From contig OX597838.1 of NCBI GenBank assembly GCA_951406725.2, forward strand, positions 9,920,001 through 9,984,000: a stretch of DNA of 64,000 nucleotides, read 5' to 3'. A program made the translations under genes and the position numbers. The DNA comes from Octopus vulgaris (lineage: Eukaryota). A model generated the notes under the pieces. The model did no database searches, had not been told where the DNA came from, and saw only the letters and a list, made by a program, of their open reading frames with translations. Shown piece by piece: positions 49,704 through 63,630 of the stretch (its first letter is position 1; each line of letters starts with the position of its first letter).

Positions 49704-50129
49704 CGAAAATATTTATCATCTTGAAATCTCAAAGAAGTTCAAGCTTGCTGATGGATGCAGCAGAAATGTCTTGGGGACGACTGTAGAAAGGTATATTAAC
49801 ATTTGTAGTACCTACTGTAACTGATAAGTTTTTCCTATGTTCTTAATGATAATGACTAAAATGGGGGAAAACAAAGTGGTGGTGGTGGTGCTGCTTGTTT
49901 TCTAGTTAGTGATAAATTTTGTGAGACATCAATTATTATTGTACTTGTAGCTCTGGTTTGGTGATATCAGATAATGCTGATAGATATGCGGCCGTTTTTA
50001 TTTTGCTAATCTATTCTCTTACCATATCAGCTATTTCAATTTTCTTTTTCTTTTTGGAGACAAATTAGCCACCACCCAGACAGAAAGAAAGACAACACAC
50101 ACAAGCACACGTGCGTGCACGCACACGCG

Positions 50130-50165
<36 letters not shown>

Positions 50166-50590
50166 AAAGAAAAATGCTGAAAGTCCCCTGTATCTCTCTC
50201 TTGGACTCAAAAACTAATTTCTAACATTGGCACAAAGCCATAAATTTAGTATTGGTGTCAAGGGATATTATCTTATCAAATCAATGCTAGTATCTGACTG
50301 GTACTTCCATAGTGTTGGCCCTAGAAGAAAGTAAAGTAAAATAGGATTTGAACTTAGAACATAAAAGTGTTGTAAGGAAAGTCAATCTCCAGCAGGGATG
50401 AAGCTGAATAGTTTTGAGTTATCCATGACTCAAACTGTTATCATTATTCTCTACTGTTTGCTCTTAGAATTTACTTCCAAAGCAGTGGAGATAAAGCAGC
50501 TCCTCACTCCTTAGACAAAGGAATTGGTAAACTCATCAGTACTAGTGTCTGTCATGAACTTTCTACTATTGATATATTAAGCTCTCTCTC

Positions 50591-50631
<41 letters not shown>

Positions 50632-50637
<6 letters not shown>

Positions 50638-51017
50638 CACCATCCGAGCGTGGCCGTCTGCCAGCCTCGTCTGGCACCTGCCAGCCTCATCTGGCACCTG
50701 TGTCGGTGGCACATAAAAACACCATCCGAGCGTGGCCGTCTGCCAGCCTCGTCTGGCACCTGTGTCGGTGGCACATAAAAACACCATCCGAGCGTGGCCG
50801 TTCGCCAGCCTCGTCTGGCACCTGTGTCGGTGGCACATAAAATCACCCACTACACTCTCGGAGTGGTTGGCGTTAGGAAGGGCATCCAGCTGTAGAAACA
50901 CTGCCAGATCTGACTGGCCTGGTGCAGCCTTCGGGCTCCCCAGACCCCAGTTGAACCGTCCAACCCATGCTAGCATGGAAAACGGACGCTAAATGATGAT
51001 GATGATGATGATGATGA
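50632..51017 (+). mobile_element. SINE family C with expanded ~59-bp internal tandem repeats
   Basis: aaaaacaccatccgagcgtggccgt...ggtggcacat repeated three times. Confidence 0.9.
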
Positions 51018-51247
51018 TATTTCTTTACTACCCACAAGGGGCTAAACATAGAGGGGACAAACAAGGACAGACAAAGGGATTAAGTCGATTACATCGACCC
51101 AGTGCGAAACTGGTACTTTATTTATCGACCCCGAGAGGATGAAAGGCAAAGTCGACCTCGGCGGAATTTGAAATCAGAACGTAAGGACAGACGAAATACC
51201 ACTAAGCATTTCGCCTGGCACGCTAACATTTTTGCCAGCTCGCCGCC
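51018..51247 (-). mobile_element. SINE family B, full-length
   Basis: Near-consensus, tail-to-tail with the SINE C. Confidence 0.9.
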
Positions 51248-51912
51248 TTATAATATATATATATATATATGTCCTTGTCTGACTGTGTGTATGAACACAC
51301 AATAAAAACTGCCATGTTTGACTCCCAGTTTTAAGCATGAAATAAAATAATTGGCTAATTAATTTGGTTTTATCTTCAGATTATATTGCACTCAGTTGGT
51401 TCGTGGGCAACTGACTAATCTGCATATCTCTCTCATCTTAATTGTTTTAAACCTGCTCCCAAATTTCTCAGGATGTGAAATCCAATTTACTCTCTTAATA
51501 TTGTTGCTTTTATTGTAATTAGAAAAATTATTTGATCTTTTGTGACTTATTTAGTGTACACATGTGCAGTCTGCCTGAGACAGCCCCTGGCTCTGTGGTA
51601 CAAATATTTTATTTTCAAGAGTCCTAAATTAAAATCTCCATCAGAACTTTAGTATTATTTATGATCCAAACACCAATTAATAATGACAAAAGTTACTTTA
51701 CTAAATTCTTCATTTTCAAAATTGATCAAAGACGGAGCGTCTCAACATAAGGTAACATAAGGGTTAAATATATTTCAGTATATCTCATGCTGATGGGTCA
51801 AAGTTTTTCTTTTATTGGTTATTATGCATGGATCAAGGTTGCTGTAATTACTTATATCAAAAAGCATGGTGGGCTGTCAGTGTTAAGGTACTGGTTCCAA
51901 GCCCACAAACTC

Positions 51913-52103
51913 TTTACTCTCTTTTACTCTTTTACTTGTTTCAGTCATTTGACTGCGGCCATGCTGGAGCACCACCTTTAGTCGAGCAAATCGACCCCGG
52001 GACTTATTCTTTGTAAGCCCACCGCTAAGTGACGGGTACGTAAACACACCAGCATCGGTTGTCAAGCAATGCTAGGGGGACAAACACAGACACACAAACA
52101 CAT

Positions 52104-52137
<34 letters not shown>

Positions 52138-52310
52138 CCATATATACGACAGGCTTCTTTCAGTTTCCGTCTACCAAATCCACTCACAAGGCATTGGTCG
52201 GCCCGGGGCTATAGCAGAAGACACTTGCCCAAGATGCCACGCAGTGGGACTGAACCCGGAACCATGTGGCTGGTTAGCAAGCTACTTACCACACAGCCAC
52301 TCCTGCGCCT
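51913..52310 (-). mobile_element. SINE family A with small internal deletion
   Basis: Near-consensus reverse complement. Confidence 0.9.
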
Positions 52311-53564
52311 GTGATTGATAATATTAGGTCAGGACTCTTAAAAGTCTGGTTTCTTCAGTAAGTTATACAAAGAAGAACGAAGGCTCTGAAACTTAAAATA
52401 ATTGGTGGTGGTTTCCAAGGGCTTACATTAATAAAGTAGGGTAGTGAGAGGTAAAAGTTAAACTGACCCCTCTCCCTCCCCACCAAAAAGTGGGTACTTA
52501 TTCAAAGTTGAGGCGTCTTTCTGTTGCTACTTTAAACATGTACACATTTAAGAAGTTGGCTTCCCGACCACATAGTTTCAGTTCCATTGCATGGTACCTT
52601 GGGGAAGTACCCCAGTATGACTGCAGTCCAGTGTCTAAGACAAGTAGAAATACCAAAGATTAGAAAGTTTAATCTGTATATATGTTTGTGTGTAAATGAT
52701 TAAGAAATAATGACTGTGTCCTGATGAATGAAAAATTTAGTCGGCTGTAATTTGATGAATTACATTTTGTTGCTAAAAAGTTCTATCTGAATTTTTGAGA
52801 TAAGGAATTATTATACTCTAATTTGAGCTGGTGTCCTCATTTTGGTTGTTATAGTTACAGTGTTTAGACTGCTGTGCTGTATGGGACAATAGGATAATGA
52901 ATATGTGTTAAATTGTAGTAGGTTAAACTAGTTAATGGGTGTGAGTTCCATCTCTGGGCATGTCATCATTTTAACATTCTCTTTTCCATGCTTGCATGTT
53001 GTGATGGAATTTTTTGAGGCAGATTTTGACTGGTTGCCCTTCTTGACAACAGCTCTCCACAGCTAGGCATGTTTTTCAAGGGAGTCTAGAAACAAACACC
53101 TTCACCTTGTATGGTGACAATACTCATTTACGATTACCACATGATGGCTAGACAAGGGTACTACATACATACATATGAATGAATGAGCTTTCAGTTTTTG
53201 TCTGCTCGGTCTATAATAGACACTTGCTCAAAGTCTTGCACAAGTCAATACACCCCACCCTGCACACGTGTTTTTATATATTCTATGAGGGAGATAAAGA
53301 ATACTCAAGTTGAAAGCAGCATCACAAGTGGTAGAAGAACTGATAAAGAGAATATCTCTGGGATAGACTGTAGACTTAGAACAATCTCTTGTGGATATAA
53401 TAAAGGATTTGGTTCCAAATTCTAAGAGCATTAACAAATATGATAGACATGGAAAATGCAAAACATTACAACAGCCAAAATGGTGTAACTATAGTGACTA
53501 AGATAAGGATACTTGGTCGAAATAGATTGGTGAGGGACAACTATTATTAGTTCATTCAATTGTT

Positions 53565-55022
53565 TAACCCTTTAGCTTTTCAGGTTACTCGGATGTAATG
53601 TTTATTTATGTTGTTAATTAGGTATCAATTATGTGATTCGTCGTTAGGGCGGCGAGCTGGCAGAAACGTTAGCATGCCAGGCGAAATTCTTAGCGGTATT
53701 TCGTCTGCCGCTACGTTCTGAGTTCAAATTCCGCCAAGGTCGACTTTGCCTTTCATCTTTTTGGGGTCGATTAAATAAGTACCAGTTATGCACTGGGGTC
53801 GATATAATCAACTTAATCCGTTTGTCTGTCCTTGTTTGTCCTCTCTGTGTTTAGCCCCTTGTGGGTAGTAAAGAAATAGGTATCAATTATGTGATTTGTT
53901 TATTTGACATTGTAGGGTAGGTGGGAGAGGCTAGATCTGACCAGATTGAACATAAAATAGAATATTGGGGTTGAATATGACTGATTTAAATGCTAGAAGG
54001 TTAGGCTATAGTTTATGGCTATGCTAGAGTACTGCTGTTGCTTACTCACATATATACTTTGTACTGTGCTTCTACTTGCCTAGCGAGCTTGCGTGTGTTG
54101 AGCAGTATGATGCTTAACCCTTTTGATACCAATCCACCTGAGACTGCCCCTGGTTTCACAATACAAACTTTCTTTCTTAATCCTTTAGCATTTAAACTGG
54201 CCATATGAGGCCCAAGTATTCTACGTGCTTTATGGTCAAACAGAGCAGATGTGGTCTCTCACACCTGCCCTACAATGTCTTTCTGAAACTGCATCATTGA
54301 AATCTGAAAACTACAAGATAATGCTTGATTAATTTAAAGCTGTGTAAATAAATTAGCATTACATTTGGTATTGAAATCTGAATGCCAAAGTGTTAAAAGT
54401 GATCTGAATTGAAACCTTGTATCAAAATTTCCTGTTAATTTATGATGTAAACACCAACTTAACCCTTTGCCTGTCCAAAGCATTTTCATAAATTTCTCCT
54501 AAACATCCATGCTTATTTTCAAACTTTTAGTTAGCTCCTATTTCATGTGTTATGAGTAATATAAAGCTTTCCTTTCATAAGTCCTAAGTCACTCTGGTGG
54601 TTGAAAAAAAATTGGGAATGTGTAACATATGCAAGGATGCCAGGGAAAAATGTCCTGTTTATCACATGTTATACACAGGATAGGCTAATACTGATTAAGG
54701 TGTTTTAACGAGTTCTTCATTATTTTCGGAATTAATTGAAACAAAGCTGAGATATGGTAACAAAAGAATTAAACTGAGATTTAAGGAAGTAAAATTAAAC
54801 CCTTTAGCATTTAATTTGACCATATCAAGCCCAAATATTCTGCATGTATTATGTGCAAACTGGCTAGATCAGATCTCTCATACCTACTCCACAAAATTCT
54901 TCTAAGAATTGAAAAAAATCATATTGAAATCTCAGACTCTGAGATAATGCATGGTTAATCTAAAACAATGTGAATCTATAAGCATCACAGTTAACAGAGT
55001 AATCTGAATGCTAAAGGGTTAA
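53565..55022. mobile_element. Cluster of nested piggyBac-type MITEs
   Basis: Repeated ttaaccctt.../...aagggttaa ends near 53565, 54003, 54115, 54178, 54459, 54797 and 55022. Confidence 0.65.
53646..53880 (+). mobile_element. SINE family B inside a MITE
   Basis: TSD taggtatcaattatgtgatt at 53619-53638 and 53877-53896. Confidence 0.92.
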
Positions 55023-55034
55023 TGATAGTAATAA

Positions 55035-55450
55035 GGCGGCGAGCTGGCAGAAACGTTAGCACGCCGGGCGAAATGCTTAGCGGTATTTTGTCTGCGTTAC
55101 GTTGTGAGTTCAAATTCTGCCGAGGTCGACTTTGCCTTTCATCCTTTCGGGGTCGATAAATTAAGTACTGGTTACGCACTGGGGTCGATCTACTCAACTT
55201 AATACCTATGTCTGTCCTTGTTTGTCCCCTCTGTGTTTAGCCCCTTGTGGGTAATAAAGAAATAGGTATTTCGTCTGTCTTCATGTTCTGAGTTCAAATG
55301 CCGCCGGGGTCGACTTTGCCTTTCATCCTTTCGGGGTCGATAAATTAAGTACCAGTTACGCACTGGGGTCGATGTAATCGACTTAATACCTATGTCTGTC
55401 CTTGTTTGTCCCCTCTGTGTTTAGCCCCTTGTGGGTAATAAAGAAATAGG
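55035..55450 (+). mobile_element. SINE family B head-to-tail dimer
   Basis: Second unit restarts at ggtatttcgtctg (55265); TSD ggttaatgatagtaataa at 55017-55034 and 55449-55466. Confidence 0.9.
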
Positions 55451-56748
55451 TTAATGATAGTAATAATAAATTGAGCACAGTATGCAAATAAAGGGTAGTT
55501 GTGTTATATCCTTATAATAAACCTCCTTACTATTGTTATGTATCAAATATTTCTCCTCACTCACTGTTAAATACTTTCTTTCCTCCATGTCCTTTCTCAC
55601 AAAACTCTATCCACTTTCAGATCCTTTTTTAAAATGTAGCTCAAAGAAACGGAATAGTCTAAAATCTTGTAACCCCCTTTACTCACACACACACACACCA
55701 CGCAAGCAGTGTGAAGGTTACTAGGAAACTGTTGTGTCATCTAAAATTTTAACATTTTTTTTTTCTCCTTCCCCTTTTCATATTATCAGGTGATAGGTAT
55801 TTTATAAATCTAAGTCTGAAAAAAAAAAAAGGCAAAATAAAAAAGGTTGATCTGGGGCTACTCATTAACAAGCATTTATCCTTGTTTATCCTTATTTTTA
55901 GTTTTTTGTGGCAATCCCTATAATGCCTCCTCCCCTCTCTACTCCTTTCCCATTTTAATGTAGAGTGCCTAGCATCACATGCTTGCTTACTGAAGCTTGC
56001 TTCTAAAGTAGTTGCTGCCCAAATTTGTGGTTGAAATATCTCCTGAGAATGATATCAGAATCACTGTCCTATCCCTAAACTGCTCCACATAACCAAAAGA
56101 ACATATTTCATTCCACTAGCTGTCTTACATCTCCTTTATTCTTCCAGGGTTTGAACTATACAACATAGACCTACTTTTCACACAGCTTTTCCCTTCTTGG
56201 CATGATACTAAACTACATTCTAGTGTGTTATTTTTTTCTTTCTTTTCCCCTTTTTGTGGCTTGTTCCATTGATATCAACTCCAAAGTCATAAATCTTAAT
56301 GTGTGGCACCTAATTAATTTCAGTCTTCTGTTTTTTTTTATAGATCTTTTTGAAGTTTTTCCTTTTATCCATGTTCCAAGTTTATTATATATGTTTATTA
56401 TTATCCTTATCCCTGGCCATTGCCAGCTGCATCTTCTAGTACTCACTGTGGTCTGGTTGGAAAGCACTACCGAAGTACACTATCATGAGAAGGATTTTTC
56501 TGTATGGGGGGAAGGAGATCTGCTGATTCAAACTTCCTTGCGATGTTAGGTTCAGAAGTTCATTTTGGTTCTTTAAATTTATTTCTTTTGGCTGTGTGGT
56601 AAGTAGCTTGCTTACCAAACCACATGGTCCTGGGTTCAGTCCCACTGCGTGGCACCTTGGGCAAGTGTCTTCTACTATAGCTTCAGGCCGACCAAAGCCT
56701 TGTGAGTGGATTTGGTAGACGGGAACTGAAAGAGGCCCGTCGTGTGTG

Positions 56749-56803
<55 letters not shown>

Positions 56804-57210
56804 CATCCCTTTTCTCTTTCTGGGTTTCATATAATGTAAATACTGAATCCTGGGTGTTAGGCTTGGTTACCAGATCACATGGTTGAGGTTTTTTTCAGTT
56901 AGTCATAAGGTTTAGCATTTTATTCTTTTTACTCTTTTTATGAATTTCAGAGGATATCCATGGGACACTGTGCAAGTATAGTTGATTACCTCAACCCCAA
57001 TGTTTATCTTAGGAAAAGTAAAATGTATAGGGGGCAGATTTTGCATTATGTAAAGAGATGTAACCAAATACTACAAAGTATTTTGTTCTATGCTCTACTG
57101 GTTCTGCTATTTACATGGCTTTTCTCTTTTGTGCAAACTAGCATTGTTGCAATGTTTTGTTTTTTGTTTTTTATTTATGTACATACACACGTGTGTGTAT
57201 GTATGTAGGT

Positions 57211-57244
<34 letters not shown>

Positions 57245-57246
<2 letters not shown>

Positions 57247-59985
57247 TAGCAGCTAAGCCCAGTTTCGCCCGGTTTGTTTGGATGATGTGGCTGTGATAGT
57301 TTTCAGTGAGGCATAATCTATAACAGCATTTGTCAACCATATCATTTTGGGTCCCCTGTTTCGATTGGAGCCTCCAGCTGTATGAAAATTTCTTGATTCT
57401 CCACCCCGCTCCTCAGAAAACAGCTTCAGGAGTCGTGAAGAAGGAATTTGTACATAGTCTGTTTCTGAGACCTATTCTATTGGACCTCTGTCTAATCAAT
57501 AAAACATACAAAGAAATAATACATTAATCCCTATTTTTGTGAGCAGTTGTATCCGTAAAAATTTTACTTGCAGAGCAGAAATTGAAAGAAGATATATGAA
57601 ATGGACGTATGTGTGTGTGCTCATCGTATAAAATTTTTATGATAGTTGATTTATGGAAAAAATTATGTTAAATTTTTGAAATGCAAATACGTGAATGAAA
57701 ATTAAGTTCAGACCTCTACATGGTAGTTAGACCTGGTAGAAATAGCAGCCAAATCTCCTTCAAAACATCCTACTGTCTTAATCCGACAATTCTGCCTCTT
57801 ATGTAATTTGAATGAGAATCTGTAAGTAAGGATTAAGATTATTAACCCCACAAAGAGGTGAAAGAAGAGACAGCACAACGAAAGTTTTGGCTGAGTGTCA
57901 TCCTGTACTCCCCTTGTTGCTAGTGAAATGGTATATGCTGGCTGTGTGAGCAACTGGTTGTTTTAATGGCGGAACAAACAGGGAAATTCCATTAGAAAAA
58001 AGTTTTAATTGATTTTCTCGGTAACTCTGGGGGCTTGGAAAAAATACCTGCATTCCAATCTATGCACCTGTCTCCACATGTATGCCCTTTTTCACGTGAA
58101 TCCACCCATTCCACAAACACGTGTACCCCTAACGTAATTCTCAGGGAGATTCAGCATAACACAGTGTGACATGGTTGGACTTTTGAACTACAGGACAACT
58201 CATTTTTGCCGGCTGAGTGAACTGCAGTATAAACCCACTTTTTGCTCAATCATTTTCATGTTGACAATTTATGTGGACAATTTATGTATCATTTGAAAGT
58301 TCTGGATGTGAACTTTATTTACGTACTTTTGGCTGCGTGGTAAGTAGCTTGCTTACCAAACCACATGGTCCTGGGTTCAGTCCCACTGCGTGGCACCTTG
58401 GGCAAGTGTCTTCTACTGTAGCTTCGGGCCGACCAAAGCCTTGTGAGTGGATTTGGTAGACGTGATTGAAGGAGCCTGGCATTCACGTATTTTTCATATC
58501 ATGCCAGGCTTCCTTCAATCTTCCTCATATTTCCACCCATTCACAACATGTGTCCTATTTTTGACTGCTGAACAGTAGCACTCATTCTAGTTCACTACAC
58601 TACAGCATTATAACTCGATTTGTGTTGAAAATGATACGGTCATGAAGAAGACTTCTTTTGCTTTATTTTGATATAAAAATCGATTGGGGTAGGGGTGGGT
58701 CAGATAATCATTATGAAAAGATCATATTTGCTTCAAGATTTTTAACTACAAGAAAGCAAAATCTTTTGTGAATTGGGTATGGCCATTGATGAATCTGGCC
58801 ACGTTATGGCGCAAAAGCGCTAAGTCAATAAAAAAAGAGAATACCCCTGATGCTACTTATGAAAATGACATATTCCCATGTAGTGAAAGCTGAGATGGAA
58901 CCTGAATCCAAGGTTTCAAATATCAAGTTTGAACCAGAATTTTAAGAAATGGATGAAATACCTGCTTTGTAAATTGTATATTTCTACAAAAAAAAAAAAA
59001 AATTCACTAAATTGAGCTACAGAAGTCTTCTAGAGCCCAAAATTAGTATTGGATCATTGTATTGAGTTCCTCTTGCTGTTTTAACAATGTGTAGAGAGCA
59101 AAGTCTGAAGAAATTTGTACTTTTATATTTCATAATGATTATCTAACATAAAAATTGATGGAGGTAAGTCAGATATCATGATGAAATGTAAAAGTACAAA
59201 TTTATTTGGACCAAGATTTAATCAAGAAAAAAAAATTTTTTTTTTTGTAATTTAAATTTCTAATGCCCCCACCTCTCCAAATGCATCCATGTGTATGTGA
59301 GTAAGAAAAACATTTACATAAATTATCTTTTACATGCCTTTTTAAATCACTGCAGATAAATCCCAGCAATTACCTTCTCGAACTCTCTAATATTTTACAA
59401 TTATAAACAAACGGGGGAGGGGGTGAAAAAATCATAAATTTTTTAAACTTTTTTCTTCTTAATTGTATACTTTTCTTTTAGTAAATGTTTTTTCTCTCTC
59501 ACACACACACTTTGTGCCAGGTGGAGGAACAAGGGTGGTTATGGGATGTACTAGGTATGCCGACTGAATTTCCCTTAAATCATACCTTTCATCTGAAAAT
59601 ATTTTTAACACCCCCTCCATCAATTTCCAAGATATGACATCACAAGTATGGCTAATTATTCATTTTGACCTAATTAGGCAAGATTTCGACCAATTTAAAT
59701 ATTTTCAAAAATTCATAGTGATACCTATTAATAGTATACTTACACTAATACATGACCAATTGTAAGGCTATTGCATTTTATTACACTAATATCCCTGTTC
59801 TTATGATTGTTATTTTTAATACGATAGGAAGTGTTATATAAACAACAATCATCATCACCCTTTTTAATGAATTTATAATAGTTGGAAGCACCAATAATTT
59901 TAGTTATGATAGTAGCTGAATATGAAAGTTTCACTGTATACTTATTAAAAATTTGATGTTAGTGGAAAATTCTTTATATATATAG
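57245..59985 (-). mobile_element. Possible ~2.7 kb Helitron-like element with nested insertions
   Basis: actagcagctaagcccagtttcgcccgg end resembles 39335; putative other end ctttatatatatag; continuity between the ends is inferred. Confidence 0.4.
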
Positions 59986-60673
59986 CGTCTTGAATGACAC
60001 AGCAATGGACGATAATAACTGTTATAATTTAATCATGCATAGTCTGATATAATATTTCAGAATACAAAAATTCCTTCTTCCGATATCCCTAGAAAAAAAA
60101 AAAAACTGCATGTATAATACATAACTTCAAAGTAGCACTACGGATGTGCCAGCACACACGAGTTTGAGACATGGCCGCCCTCATGCGCTTCTCATGAAGA
60201 ATTCCAGAAGGAGCTTCGTGAGACTACTGCAGAAACGCTGCTGGGAAAAAAATAAAAGAACATTGGTAAACAAATTATAGCAGTGACACAACCAATTCCT
60301 ATGGGTATCTGAGGAAGGAATTTTTGTATTCCGAAATATTATATCAGACTATCATCATCATCATCATCATCATTTAACATCCGTTTTCCGCGCTAGCACG
60401 GGTTGGACGGTTCGACCGGGGTCTGGGAAGCCAGGAGGCCACACCAGGCTCCAGTCTGATCTGGCAATGTTTCTACAGCTGGATGCCCTTCCTAACGCCA
60501 ACCACTCCGCGAGTGTAGTGGGTGCTTTTTACGTGCCACCTGCACAGGTGCCAGGGGGGTCCGGAATCTGCCACAATCGGTTGGAGCTTTTAACGTGCTA
60601 CCGGCACGGAAGCCAGCTATGGATAATTAAATTATAACAGTTATTATAATCCATTGTTGTGCCATTCGAAACA
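59985..60673. mobile_element. MITE with ~105 bp imperfect TIRs, right TIR split by a SINE C
   Basis: 59985-60092 is the reverse complement of 60299-60352 plus 60617-60673. Confidence 0.75.
60353..60616 (-). mobile_element. SINE family C
   Basis: (cat)n tail; ctat on both sides. Confidence 0.88.
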
Positions 60674-61011
60674 TATTTTACAAACATTACACAATGCTTC
60701 AAGCGAACTACAATACTCTCCTATATATATGTATATATAATGTATGGGTGTCAATTCATTACGGCTGTTTCAAGCGACTTCTTTAATTGATTAATGAATA
60801 TACATCAACAAAGGAACTCAAAATATTTACATGTTTTCTTTTGTCAATTCTGTGGCAGAATGAGTTTAGAACACAATGCATACCTTGCCAAGTCTACTAT
60901 AATTTAGAGAGTAGCAGAGGAAACAGTGGGGGGGTCAGGATAAAAAGAGTTGTGCTCAATTTAAGTACAACGGAATCTTTATATATAATTATTATGTATA
61001 TGTACATGTAT

Positions 61012-61262
61012 TATCATCATCATCATCATTTTAGCGTCCGCTTTCCATGCTGGCATGGGTTGGACGGTTCAACTGGGGTCTGGGAAGCCAGAAGGTTGCA
61101 CCAGGCCCGGTCTGATCTGGCAATGTTTCTACGGCTGGATGCCCTTCCTAACACCGACCACTCCGTGAGTGTAGTGGGTGCTTTTTACGTGCCACCGGCA
61201 CAGGTGCCAGACGAGGCTAGCAAACGGCCACGATCGGATGGTGCTTTTTACGTGTCACCGGT
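61012..61262 (-). mobile_element. SINE family C
   Basis: Consensus match. Confidence 0.88.
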
Positions 61263-61754
61263 ACGTAAAAATGTGTATATGTATATCATCATTACGAGTT
61301 AAGTACCAGGGTTGGTGGTATGAACTTCTTTCCTCTTCTCAAAACTGCTGGCTTCTTACCTCAACCAGAAACTATTATCATTATTTGTTTGAGCATCACA
61401 CAAAATTTCTTCCTCCCTCTTCATCTTCTGAGTTCAGATTCCACTGATATCAACTTTGCATTGAATTCATTCAGTATTGACAGAATAAGTACCAGTCAAG
61501 CCCCAGAGTGAATGTAGTCAACTGGCCCCTCACCCACCACCAAAAACATTATTAGCCTTACGTCTATATTAGGAACATACATTTTCCCTGCCGTATTTTC
61601 AGTGTTGTTTTATACCGGGGGGGGGGGGGTCATGTTCTGTCACATACATGTTCCAGAGGAGATAAACCTTTCCGTTTTGACTTGAAGCATAACTTAAAAA
61701 TTGGGTTAAAAATCCACCCACTTTTTTTTTTCTGTTTTCTTTTTTCACTTTTAC

Positions 61755-61955
61755 TACTCGTTTACTTGTTTCAGTCATTTGACTGCGGCCATGCTGGAGC
61801 ACCGCCTTTAGTCAACCCCGGGACTTATTCTTTGTAAGCCCAGTACTTATTCTATCGGTCTCTTTTGCCGAACTGCTAAGTGATGGGGACGTAAACACGC
61901 CAGCATCGGTTGTCAAGCAATGCTAGGGGGGACAAACACCGACACACAAACATAT

Positions 61956-61992
<37 letters not shown>

Positions 61993-62143
61993 ACAGGCTT
62001 CTTTCAGTTTCCGTCTACCAAATCCACTCACAAGGCATTGGTCAGCCCGGGGCTATAGCAGAAGACACTTGCCCAAGATGCCACGCAGTGGGACTGAACC
62101 CGGAACCATGTGGTTGGTTAGCAAGCTACTTACCACACAGCCA
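61755..62143 (-). mobile_element. SINE family A
   Basis: Near-consensus reverse complement. Confidence 0.9.
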
Positions 62144-62779
62144 TTTTAAATTTTACTTAAGTAGGGGAAAAGAAAACGAAATTTGAATATTTATTTTTAA
62201 ATTCAAATTCAAGTTCGAATTTCACTTACATTTTTCATTTAAATTTCGGTTTGGGAAAAAGAAAGACCAATTTTATCAATTTGAAATCAATATCAATTTA
62301 AAATAGTGGGTGGGGGTGTAGTCTTTTTCTTTTTAATTTCCCCCCTCCCCCCATCCATCAATAATGGATGTGTGGATTTAATCAAAATTCCTATTTTTGA
62401 CTCGAAATTTTCTCAGGGTATCTCTGAATCCTTGGACAAGATGTTATTTTCTGCTAGCTTAAGTTTTCCTGCAACAAAGGCTTTCCTTTTGTTTGCTTGT
62501 TTATTTATTTTATCTTCTTTTTTTTTTTTTTATTAATTTGAGACGCATCATCCAATTTTCAGATTCATCAAACCATACTGATATGGAATGAATTAATGAA
62601 AAATACATAAGTGGGGGGGGGAGAAGCAAAAAAAAAAAAAAAGCACACAGAACAGAACACAACATTGTAATTATGTATCCCAGCTTTCTCTTTTCCTATC
62701 TTCCTCTTTCTGTCATGTGTAGCTTGGGCAAGCTCCTAACATCAATAACAGTGACTGTGGAAAAGGTGACATCTAAAGA

Positions 62780-62813
<34 letters not shown>

Positions 62814-63223
62814 TAACACTTTGCTATTTTATGGTTGTGGGAGGCCTGGTTGGCAGTGGGGAAGCGGGGGGTGGGTGGGGCAGGTGTTCTATGTGTGTCA
62901 ACTGCATACTGATGTTGAGTCTGGGTACAGTGAAAAATGTAGCTGTAGGTAGTAAGGAAATTGCAGTGGTAGCAGCTGCCACTGCTAGGCTGGGCTGCAA
63001 TTCACTGGTAGTTTTCAACTAACTGCTCTCCTCTCGACACAACAATCCACTTCTCTCTCTCTCTCTCGCTCTCGCTCCACTAACAGGGTGGTGACTTGGT
63101 GGTTATTGTTATGGTGCTACTGCTACTACTATTACTACTATTACTACTATTACAACGACTACTGCTACTGCGAATCTGACAAATTGTAGTTTGCTATTAC
63201 TACAACTAGTCCAAGACAGATTG

Positions 63224-63255
<32 letters not shown>

Positions 63256-63524
63256 CTGTTTCTATCTAATTCTTTCTCTCTTTTTTCCATCTATATTACT
63301 GTGGTTAGCAAGTATCACGCATTCACTTTTAGTACCCTCTTCTCTCTCTCTCTCTCTCTTCCCTCTATTTCTCTCTTTCCCATCTCCCCCTCCCTCTCCT
63401 GCACACACTCATTCCTCGTGTCTTATTCTCTGTCAGACTTCCTGGCTATTTCTTTGTTTCTAGTGAACAACTCTGCCTTGGTTTTCTGCTTCCACTCCAA
63501 CTTTAGTCAGTGACTCTTATTTAA

Positions 63525-63630
<106 letters not shown>

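Noticed and set aside
50632-50845. Regularly spaced repeats resembling a CRISPR array
   Set aside because: Whole units repeat with no unique spacers; internal to SINE C; eukaryotic context, no cas genes
51384-51405. tattgcactc, a miR-92-like 5' end
   Set aside because: The remainder does not match and no complementary arm is visible
52718-52745. gtc CTGATGA at GAAA aatttag TC ggc as a hammerhead
   Set aside because: No stem II, stem III does not pair, only a 3-bp stem I and no second copy to support it
53183-53425. Purine-rich ORF (MREIKNTQVESS...) as a coding exon
   Set aside because: No recognisable domain or clear splice sites; begins inside a decayed SINE
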